Of a stretch of DNA of 64,000 bases, positions 40,851 through 51,711 are shown in pieces. Location: contig NC_043010.1 of assembly GCF_006345805.1 (NCBI RefSeq), positions 40,858,001 to 40,922,000 of the forward strand, in the 5' to 3' direction. Source of the DNA: Octopus sinensis (taxonomy: Eukaryota). The stretch's first letter is position 1. Every line of letters starts with the position of its first letter. The notes under the pieces were generated by a model, which saw nothing but the letters and a program-made list of their open reading frames with translations, was not told where the DNA came from and ran no database searches. Position numbers and translations under genes: made by a program.

Positions 40851-40866
40851 ATATATGTATAAATGT

Positions 40867-40930
<64 letters not shown>

Positions 40931-41329
40931 TATATATATATACATGTACACACACACACACATATATATACATGTACATATATAAATGTATACATATACA
41001 CATGTCCACATATACACATACACATATATATACATGTATATATATATATTTATATATATAATATGTATATAATTTATAGAAAAACCTATTAAACAATTCA
41101 ATAATGAAAGATGTTATTCACATCATATAGAAAACATATACTATAAAAACCTTATTCTAATTGTTTAATAGAGGTTTTTCTCTAAATTATATACATATAG
41201 TATATATTGTGAAATTTGATTTAGAATTGCTAAATTGAATTTTTCCCTGTAAGTTTGGAATTATATTCACTACTATTATATATATATATACATAAAGTTA
41301 ATCCAAACAAGAAAGCACAAAAAATCACA

Positions 41330-41490
41330 ACAACGCGAGGACGTGGAACAAATATAGTATTATTGGACGCTCAGAAAAGAGGAAAGAAGGAGGGCTTAAC
41401 GTTTCGAGCGGAGCTCTTCGTCGGAAACATAGAAGGAAAGATCAAGAGAAGGGAAGACAGAGGGAAAAAAATCGCCAACGGTACACACGA
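41330..41490 (-). mobile_element. Second Penelope-like terminal repeat type with hammerhead-like core
   Basis: Minus strand CCGACGA-A-GAGC-TCC-GCTC-GAAAC near 41401-41423. Confidence 0.55.
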
Positions 41491-41926
41491 GGTCACATAT
41501 ATATATATATGAGGAAAAGTGTATATATATACACGCACACATCATATATAGCAATAAGGGCGCACTCATATACATATTAATACATACATACACGCCTATG
41601 TATATACACACACACACACATGCATGTTCATGCGCTTCGCTACATAGAAATAGGTGTAAATGCCGACAGCAGATGAAGACCACATTCTGCAAAAGTTTGT
41701 TTCATGTCACAACCTATTCGCCTGTCTGTCCACACATAGACATACGACTAATACGTATATCCTGTTAACTAGATTTTACTCTAGCGATTTCTATATATCT
41801 GTCAATGCTATATGTTATATATCTATTGAATTATCCCTCTGTGTGTGCATGGATGCGTATGTTGTTATCTCTCGATATATTTATATAAAGGCTGTCTATT
41901 TTTCTTCATATAAAGCTGTTTTTCTC

Positions 41927-41979
<53 letters not shown>

Positions 41980-43087
41980 CTCTCTTCATCTGTATATCTA
42001 TACATGGTAATATATACATGCACGTACACTTGTACTTGAACATAGAAATATAAACATTCACACGTGCACACTCACACATATATACACACATGCACATTTA
42101 TGCATGATCTCATCTGCACTCAAATCCACAGTTTCCCCCAGTTATTAACACCAAAACATATAAATGTATATGCTAGTACGCACATACACATATGTGTGTA
42201 TGCATATCTATATGCTTGCACACATGTGTATATATGTGTGTGTGTGTGTGTGTAGATACGCACTCGCTTGTGTGTACGTGTGTGCGTACATCTCTATTCT
42301 GTCATACATAGGGACGCAGACTCAAGCACATACGTACGTATATATGCTTATATTTACTCAGAAACATGCACACACATATTTACGGCTCGTATACATATAT
42401 ACATGTATACGAGTGTTTGTGTTTATACGCCTTTGAAAAGGAATGAATTTATTGACAATAATAATAAAGATATAGTGTGCATATATGGTAATAATAAAAG
42501 GAGTAGGGACTAAACAATAGAGGGATTTAAAATAATAGCATAAAAGCATAAAATATCTGATATAGAATTTAGAGTGTGCGCTAAATAAGTGTGTGTGTGT
42601 GCCTATGGTAAAAACAAATGGAAAATACGTATGAAAATTATAAATAAAACTGATAAGAAATTATATATTATAATATGACGAAATGATGGATATACATAGA
42701 GTTCTAAAAGAGGTGATAATGAGTACCTCTTTCTACTAAAGAAATTTCTCATATTCAATGAAGGTATCCATATCACTATATATATATATGAGAGAGAGAA
42801 ACAACAGAGAAACATGCAGAAGTTTTGTAGAATAAAAATGAAGATAATGAGTGAGGAATAAAACAGTAATAAAATAGGTTTTTTTTAAATCGTCTTTGTG
42901 AAAACGAATATTATGAAGGTGAGATGTTTTATGTCAGGTTTTATGGGACGATTTTTATAAAATGTGTATATTGTGAAAAGTCTATACAGAAAGAAAAAAA
43001 GTAGGCTAAATAGAAACCTTTGGAGAATAAATATAAGATCACAATCAATATCAATATGAAGGTTGTTAATTTCCTGATATCTTAAGA

Positions 43088-43150
43088 AAGAATTATAGTT
43101 TATTAAACAAAAATTCGGAACTGATCACAAAGTACCGACATGAGAATTAT
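43088..43150 (+). mobile_element. Penelope-like element ORF 3' end
   Basis: KNYSLLNKNSELITKYRHEN resembles the recalled Penelope GIY-YIG C-terminal consensus LLNKRSELISKCRHEN. Confidence 0.6.
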
Positions 43151-43873
43151 TACCATCAGAGACAATTCCAGTTACAGGCAAGTTACTTGCATGGATCAAT
43201 ACCCATCGATCATCAGCGATAAAAACGTTTCATAAACAATTTATAAACAGTTTATGCAAGCGTTTTAGAAAACTCGTTGCATAAAACCTATAATAAAACA
43301 CGTGATATTATCAAAATAACGTATATCGCCATGGGAAATAAACTTTCGTTCTGTTTTTTTTTAATATTTTCGCTGTTTTTATTCATTAATTTTTTTAAAT
43401 TTCGATTGATATATATGTATGTATTTATGTATAACTTTTTCTTCGCGTCTACTCATTCTGCAATTTTTTTGTTATTATATACATTTCTTGTTATTTGAAC
43501 CACTATATTTTATACGCACCGTTTTCCCATTATATTGCTTTTATCAGTTTCTGCTATATTCTTATGTAACTTTGTTTGTAACTTCTTATATTTTAAAATT
43601 AATTTTGGGGCTATTCAGTTCGGAGATGAGAACGATATTAGGATATTTGCAACGCCTGCATATAGGTCAAGACAATATGTTCTGTATAGGATTAAAGAAA
43701 AAAAAAATATATAATATATATATATATATATATAATTTGGGGGCACAAGACTAGTAATCTAGTGCAGAACCCAATATACATATATTTCAGAGCAAAATGT
43801 TAGATGAGAATAGAACAGTAATAAGAAAAAGAGATAACAAAGGAAAAACAATGGTTATGTTATGAATTTCACT

Positions 43874-44113
43874 AGCTTACAGTTGTTTCTGCAATGAGAT
43901 GCAGTGAACTCGTAGTTGAGTGCTTGAATAACATCCTATAACTTCATCGGAGCCTCAAATATGAAGTGCAATTATTAGGGAAAAAATAATTTTTCCCCAA
44001 ATAAATTCTCTTTTCCGAAACGAGTTGCACTTTATATTCAAGGTTCCGATGAAGCTACATGGTGTTATTCAGGCACTCAACTACGTAAGTCTAAGCAGAA
44101 ACAGCTGTAAGCT
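43874..44113. repeat. Inverted repeat, about 90-100-bp arms and 55-bp spacer, hammerhead-like right arm
   Basis: agcttacagttgtttctgc...cgtagttgagtgcttgaataacatcc...cttcatcggagcctcaaatatgaagtgcaa pairs with ttgcactttatattcaaggttccgatgaag...gcagaaacagctgtaagct. Confidence 0.9.
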
Positions 44114-44199
44114 GTTTTTTCCTCGTTGTTTGCGTATTTAACTCGTTTCTTTTCGTACTTGTTACTTACACAGTTGGTGATGTACTATACTCATATATG

Positions 44200-44240
<41 letters not shown>

Positions 44241-44403
44241 GTGTGTGTGTGTGTGTAGATATACAGCTATATGTATAAATATATGCATATTTATATACAC
44301 ATATACGCACACATCTATACACATAGTTGTGTGTGTGTGTGTGTGTGTGTCTTCCCCTGAGGAATTGTTGTAGTTCAGTAACCAATTGCACTTGGAACCT
44401 CAC

Positions 44404-44719
44404 CGGAGGCAAATATACGCAGTGATGAAACGTATGTAGTGAACATACCGGCCGCCTCGAACAATCGGCGAAGAGCACCCTCGGAGAAACCGTGCGGGCT
44501 GAAACGACCAGGAGGTGGGAGTGCTACCGCAACGCGAACGGCGACGCCCGACGATGCCTGCATCTGGTGTTTATCATAATTTTTCCCAAACTCAGTCTCT
44601 ATATCATAACCAATGATATTGCTACGTTCATTCGTAACCACATCAAAATACTGGAAGGAGACAAGATGATGATTCTGTATATGGAACTCAAAACCCACGA
44701 ATAGTAGTTGAACATCTAA
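44404..44719 (-). CDS. Candidate 316-nt exon (phase 0 to 1), CpG-rich, possible DEDD 3'-5' exonuclease-like segment
   Basis: Acceptor cttttgcgtacag, donor g|gtgagg; 105 open codons LDVQLLFVGFEFH...NIIGYDIETEFG...GALRRLFEAAGMFTTYVSSLRIFAS; T-ending codons in the first half, G-starting codons in the second. Confidence 0.65.
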
Positions 44720-44735
44720 CTGTACGCAAAAGATA

Positions 44736-44774
<39 letters not shown>

Positions 44775-45943
44775 CGTGCGTGAGTGCGTAGTAAACGGAA
44801 ACTCGCTACTGAACTACTGGACAGCAGTTCATAGTAATAACTTGCCTCAAGCAAATGTTTTGGCCTTTTAGCTACGCTGGTGCTCTAAGGGAGTCGGGCT
44901 CATCTTGGTCAACACTCCAAGGTGTTCTACTGCTGTTTTCAAAATTCTGCTTTTCGTTGGGATTGAAAACTCGCCCTTTGGGTGATCTTCTTTACCTGAA
45001 ATTTGGTGTATATCGCTCAGTTATGAAGATTAGTGAAAGAACTTACTGTATTCCAATTTAAGACCCAGCTATCGTTTGTCTTTGCCAAAAGCCATATTGC
45101 GCTCTTCTCAGCTGTCTCCGACAAATGTTTCATAGTACTAAGATTCATAAGGCTGGATTCCATCCCAATTTCTATAGGCAATAACTGACTGATATTACAA
45201 GTCTTCTCTGAATGGAACGCCGGTCTGCCCTAGCGTTAATTTCATGGCTATTGCTGGAATCCATTTACGGTTTAGTGGAAAGGACCATTGTGAAATGAAA
45301 AGTCTTGCCCAAGAATACAATACCGTCCAACGACCTAACCACAAGCCCACGCGCCGTCACATAGGTATGATTTTGCGCTCTACAGCATCTCGTTTCCAAA
45401 TTTCTGGCAGAGAAAATTACGTCATGGTGACCCTACTATAATGTGTAGTCGACAAAATCAAAATCAATGCGTATGCCTGAAATAAAAATATAAAATGGCG
45501 ACTATTTGCCCATCCCACCCTGTATGCATGAATATGTATGTATATGTATGATTGTATATATGTATGTCTCTATGTATATACATGTATGTATTCTATATTT
45601 CCATTTAGTTGTATCTATGTGATGAGTAAAGGTATTAAAAGTATTCTTTTTATTTATTATTCGTTGCAGAACCTGGATTACATATTTATATCTTGAACAT
45701 TTGTTGATTCAAAACTTTAAGGTAAGTTTACACCTTCATGTTCTATGCTATTTCTCATTCAGTTTGCACACCTATGTACATTATATGTATTGTTTTGAAT
45801 TTGTGTGAATGTGCATAGAATAATATAACAGTTGAATAAGGTTAAAACATGGTCTGGTTTTCACGTTTTTTTTTATATTTTAACACAAAAAAATATTTTG
45901 TAATGCTCATAAATTAAATTACCGCTTACATAATCATCAGGTA

Positions 45944-45959
45944 TGTATGTATATGTATG

Positions 45960-45991
<32 letters not shown>

Positions 45992-46030
45992 TGTATGTAT
46001 GTATGTATGTATGTATGTATGTATGTATGT
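45944..46030. repeat. (GTAT)n tetranucleotide array
   Basis: Near-perfect run. Confidence 0.95.
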
Positions 46031-46499
46031 GTTTGTATATATAGACATAGCCGTGTAGATAAAAAAAAACTGCTTCGTAAGCATGTAGTTCTGCTCTCAG
46101 CGCCACTATGCAGTACCTCGGGCAAGTGTCTTCTATTATAACTGTGGATCGACTAACAATATGTGAATGAATTTCACAGACGGAAAGTATGTCGAAGCTC
46201 GTTGTATATGTGTACGAGTATGCCGCCCTGCCGCTTGTAATCTGGTGTTTATTTACATCCTCCTCGTGTAGAGGTTCGGTAACATGCAACAATGGAATAA
46301 GCATCAGTCTTAATAATATGCCCTAGAGTCGATTGATTTGTTCCACTAAATTTTTTAGGGCTGAACCCCTCTGTAAGGCCGGATTATAAGGATTGAAACA
46401 ACCACATACCCGTGTGTGTATGTGTATTTGGGTGTTTTCGTTTGAGGGTGTGTCTCCTTTTATGAGTGGAATGACAGCTATTTCGCAAGATTCATGGTT

Positions 46500-46843
46500 C
46501 TCCGTCGGTTACGACGACGAGGATTCCAGTTGATCCGATCAACGGAACAGCCTGCTCGTGAAATTAACTTGCAAGTTGCTGAACACGCCATAGACACGTA
46601 GTTCTCGGCGAAATTCAGCGTGACACAGAGTGTGACAAGGCTGGCCCTTTGAAATACAGGTACAACAGAAACAGGAAGAAAGGTTGAAAGAAAGTTGTGG
46701 TGAAAGAGTACAGCAGGGTCCACCACCACCCCCCGTCTCATCCTCGTGGAGCTTTAGGTGTTTTCGCTCAACGGTCTGGGAATCGAAATCGCAATCCTAC
46801 GACCGCGGGTCCGCTGCACTAACCACTGGGCCATTGCGCCTCC
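46500..46843 (-). mobile_element. SINE family C
   Basis: Inverted homologue of 751-1156. Confidence 0.9.
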
Positions 46844-47427
46844 ACATTAGCAAGATTACATAAATAAGAAAGGGTATAGTTAAATGCGAACTATCGTCCT
46901 TAATATAGTTTAATATAGTTGGACACAAACGAATTCTTAATCTCTTACCATTGACCTCTTAATGAACAGTAAAATAATTGGCATTAATAACAATTCTTGT
47001 GAAGAAAGGGGAAGAAGGACACACCGCAATTCAAATTTATTCAAAATGAAATGCTCGCGTCCAGTTACAAGTGTATCTGATATTTAATGAATGCAGTGAC
47101 AATTCCGGACATATAATGGTCTTGTTAGACCATCTTAGCGAAATAGAATTACTTGATATATATACTTTTAGATAGACTGGTAAGATAGACAGGCGGGCGG
47201 ACGGACGGACAGATAAACATACACAAATAAATAGACAAACAGACAGAAAAATAGACAGGCAGATAGACAGATAGATATGTTTCTTTATTAGCCACACAGG
47301 GCTGCACACAGACAGGACAAATTACAAGGTAGAGCTTTTCTTTTGGGGGTAAAAAAAGGGGGGGGGTTCAATCAAAAGGGATCGTAAAAGGAAAAAAAGA
47401 GGACAAAAAAAGGGGAGGATTTAAAAA

Positions 47428-47512
47428 AAAGATAGATAGATAGATAGATAGATAGATGGCAGATAGATAGATAGATAGATAGGCAGATAGATAGATAGAT
47501 AGATAGATAGGC

Positions 47513-47564
<52 letters not shown>

Positions 47565-47591
47565 GATAGATAGATAGATAGATAGGCAGAT

Positions 47592-47632
<41 letters not shown>

Positions 47633-47728
47633 ATATCATACATACATACATACATACATACATACACATACATACATACATACATACATACATACATACA
47701 TACTACATAGACAGACAGACAGACAGAC
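47428..47728. repeat. Compound (GATA)n-(CATA)n-(GACA)n array
   Basis: Seen directly; source of the YLSI/MYVC ORFs. Confidence 0.95.
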
Positions 47729-48624
47729 CAGGAAATAAAAATAATTACTAACCCAAAAATTCTCACTGTTATAGCCGAAAATCTCGAAAATTTTCCGAAA
47801 CGAGCAGAGAAAGGAAATTCAGCAAAACAACCACAACAGAAAAATTACTACTATTATTATTACTATTGTTATACTACGACATCAAAAGCAGTAAAAGACT
47901 GTCAGAACATAGAAAAGAAAAAAAAAAAAGAAAATCAAACAGCAAAATATACTCAATAAGAAGAAAAAAAATTAATAAAGTCAACAAAATATACAAGGAC
48001 GAGGAAGAGAAATAACTAACGGTGTAAGGTTTTGGGACGTGACTTTATTGAGACATTATGATAAAAGCTAGAGAAAACGAAATGTGAGATTTATATTATA
48101 TCTACGTGCAGATAAGATGGTTTTTAAAGCATTGTGGCGTGTACAGAAGTGGTTTTAGCAATGATCGTCCAACCTGCTTTATTAAACGAACCGGGCAGAA
48201 TAATTGATGTCAGCTGTAATGAAAATCTTGCACATTAAATTTGCACACGGCACGACTCGGTTCGGCTCACTGGGAGCTTCAAGTCTTTCCAAATGTTTAT
48301 TTTTGCTTTGTTTGTTTGTTTCTGGTTGCTGTCCAGTCACATCTTGCAATGATAACAATGTTAACTTGTTATTTGGGGAATATCTTAAGTGTTAATGCGT
48401 ACGTCTGAACTTGTATCATATATATGGAATACTATCTGTGTGTGTTTGTGCATGTATGGGCTGCGCTTTCAATACAGCATGTTTCAAAAGAAAGCCAACT
48501 TCAATACATACATTTATATAAGCATATACAACACTACGAATTACATACATACCTACATACATACATACATGGATATTGACAGGGGAAAAGATACGAAAAT
48601 AATAATAATAATAATCCTTTCTAC

Positions 48625-49400
48625 TATAGGCGCAAGGCCTGAAATTTAGGGGAAGAGGATAGTCGATTACATCGACCCCAGTACTCAACTGGTACTTAAT
48701 TTATCGACCCTACAAAGAACAAAGATAGAAGGCAAAGTCGATCTCAGCGGAATTTGAATTCAGACGAAATACATGTTTCTTTACTACCCACAAGGAGCTA
48801 AACACATAGAGGACAAACAAACGGATTAAGTCGATTATATCGACCCCAGTGGGTAACTGGTACTTATTTAATCGACCCCGAAAGGATGAAAGGCAAAGTC
48901 AACCTCGGCGGAATTTGAACTTAGAACGTAGCGGCAGACGAAATACCCATTTCTTTACTACCCACATGAGGCTAAACACAGAGAGGACAAACAAGGACAG
49001 ATAAACGGATTAAGTCGATTATATCGACCCCAGTGCGTAACTGGTACTTATTTAATCGACCCCGAAAAGATGAAAGGCAAAGTCGACCTCGGCGGAATTT
49101 GAACTCAGAACGTAACTGCAGACGAAATACCGATAAGCACTTCACCCGACGTGCTAACGTTTCTGCTAGCTCGCTGCCTTAATAGTAATAAGAAGAAAAA
49201 GAAGAATGGTTTTAAATTTTGGCACATGGACAGCATTTCGAATGGAGAGGGCAAGTCGATTATATCGACCCTAGTGCTCAACTGGTACTTATTTTATCGA
49301 TCCTGAAAAATGAAAGGCAAAAATACACCTGGGCATAATTTGAACTGAAAAACGTAGACCATAAGAAATGCCGCTAAGCATTTTGTCCGACGCAGGAACG
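48625..49400 (-). mobile_element. SINE family A cluster: a trimeric element (48625-49178) plus an older monomer (49208-49400)
   Basis: One head near 49178; body unit repeated three times, restarting at GTATTTCGTCTG after each TAGTAAAGAAA segment. Confidence 0.9.
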
Positions 49401-50589
49401 GACAAACTGTTTAGCAACATAATAATTAATAATTATAATATTTGTCTGTAACTTGAGTATCATGCGACAAATTTGAGGACGGGATTAGTCGAATAGGTTG
49501 TTCTCGTGGGGGTGGGGTTGTATTACTTTTGAATTTTTGCTTGTTATACAGCAGCTTCACTGCATTTGCCGTTGATTTTATTGTTCTTATTGTTGCTGGT
49601 GTGATCATTGATATAGTTAGCTAGCTGTAATGTTTTGTTTTATAACAGCAGCTATTCTGCTGCTCTACAAGGGAACAAAATGGCCTGAGATATTTAATGC
49701 CAGGACAATCGAAGTACTTCGATATTCTACCTTAGGTGTGCTCATGACTTAGTGTTTGCTTCTTCCATGGGTATAAGTAAGTATTTCATTCATTTATTAC
49801 CGTATTTATCGTTGACGAGGAGAAAATTCTTATGAATTAACTCTGAAATCGGGGCCGATACGATAATAACGGAATTTTTGAAAAGTTTCTTCGATATTCT
49901 ACCTTCTACACCTAACAGCGTGTTAAGTAGGCACTCAGTATGGAATATGGAACTGGTCTGAACATTTCCAAACGTTCTTGGGTGCAATTAGCACCTGAGT
50001 CAGTCGTCGAGTTCTCTGGTTCTCTCTCATGCTAGGTGTATCGAAAGTGCGCTTCCTTGTTCTCTTGTTCCCCCATCGCCATCAATATCCACTGATCTCA
50101 GTTTAACGACACATTATGAATAGTCACTGTGGTAAAGTGATGAACCGTATAGGCGGAATCAGGTCAAATACTCTCGAGACATATGGATTAGGAGAGCACA
50201 TTTTCAGTTTTACCAAACGGCGCTATACGAATTTTCCTGGCACTTTCAGAAATGTCTTTCACCAGTTCTTTTTTTTTTTTTTTTTTGCTGATTAAATCGG
50301 ACAAAATGTTTAGCAGAATTTCATCCGGCTTTTTCTCTTCTGAATTCAAATCCCACTGAAGTCCATTTTGCCCTTCATCTTTTCGGGGTTAATAAAATGA
50401 GTACCAGTTGAGCACTAGAATCGATGTAATCGATTAGACCCTCCCCACAAAATTTGCTCTGTGCCGATAACAGAAAGAGATATGTTTATGCAAATGAAGA
50501 TGGCGATGCTTCGCAGTTAATAAATCAACGCATACTCTGGCTGGACAATCATCAATGGAATCTTTACACACACACACAACATACACACA

Positions 50590-50623
<34 letters not shown>

Positions 50624-50640
50624 TGACGCCACTTGCCTTA

Positions 50641-50876
50641 TATTCTTTTACTCGTTTCAATCATTTGACTGCAGATATGCTGGAGAACAGCCTTTTTAGT
50701 CGAGCAAATCAACCTTCCCCACCAGGACTCATTCTTTGTAAGCCTAGTACTTAATCTATCGGTCTATTTTGCCGAACCGCTAGTTTACGGAGACGTAAAC
50801 ACCCCAACATCGGTTGTCAAGTGATGTTGCGGAGGAGGCGAACCAAACAAACATATACAGACACACAAACATACAG

Positions 50877-50931
<55 letters not shown>

Positions 50932-51068
50932 CGACGGGCTTCTTTCAGCTTTCGTCTACCAAATCCACTCACAAGGCTTTGGTTGGCCCGAGGCTATAGT
51001 AGAAGACACTTGCCGAAGGTGCCACGCAGTGGGACTGAACCCGGAACCACACAACCACTCCTGCGTCT
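50641..51068 (-). mobile_element. SINE family B
   Basis: Both halves with TA/GT spacer; partial head deletion. Confidence 0.85.
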
Positions 51069-51661
51069 ATATGTTCATTTTAAAGTGAAGTGTGTGTTGT
51101 GTCTCGTAAACGCACAAGATAGCTTAGTGCTTTTGTGATTCTCATTATTGTTCGTTTTTTGCTGTTATGGATAACTTTTTCTTTATAGTTGTTGGTTCCA
51201 TCGATCTTATTATTGTTGTTGTTGTTGTTATTGTTATCTTGTTGAAGATATTAATGTTGCTGTTGTTACTTGTTTTGTTTGATATTTACTGGCATTCTGA
51301 ATTTTAGTTAGCTTTTTTTTGCTGGTCTTATCGAATTTAACAAGTTTTTATCTTTTTCCACCTTCCATTGAATTATTATTATTATTATCATCATATTATT
51401 ATTTTTTTATTATTATTATTATCCCCATCATATTATTATTATTATCATATTATTATTATTTTATTATTATTATCCTCATCATATTATTATTATTATCATC
51501 ATCATGCCTACTACTACTGCTTTTCGTTTTTTTGTTGTTGTTTTTTTGTTATTGTTTTTGTTGTGCTAAGTAGAAGTTTTGTAGCCATCGTCAGAATTGT
51601 TGTTTATAGCAATTTCATTTTCCGCTTCATTGCTGTGTTTTGACATGGAAAACTACACACA

Positions 51662-51711
<50 letters not shown>

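Noticed and set aside
44492-44704. Plus-strand 70-aa ORF over the CpG island
   Set aside because: Shorter than the minus frame, with no ATG start and only a weak acceptor; treated as the shadow of the minus exon, though not excluded.
48625-49400. Regularly spaced repeats resembling a CRISPR array
   Set aside because: Units are ~175-230-bp SINE bodies with no unique spacers and no cas genes, in eukaryotic DNA.
2138-51643. Dozens of ORFs rich in YI, CV, HT, MYVC, YLSI or poly-L/Y/N
   Set aside because: Translations of (TA)n, (CA)n, (GTAT)n, (GATA)n and (ATT)n arrays, which lack stops in some frames.
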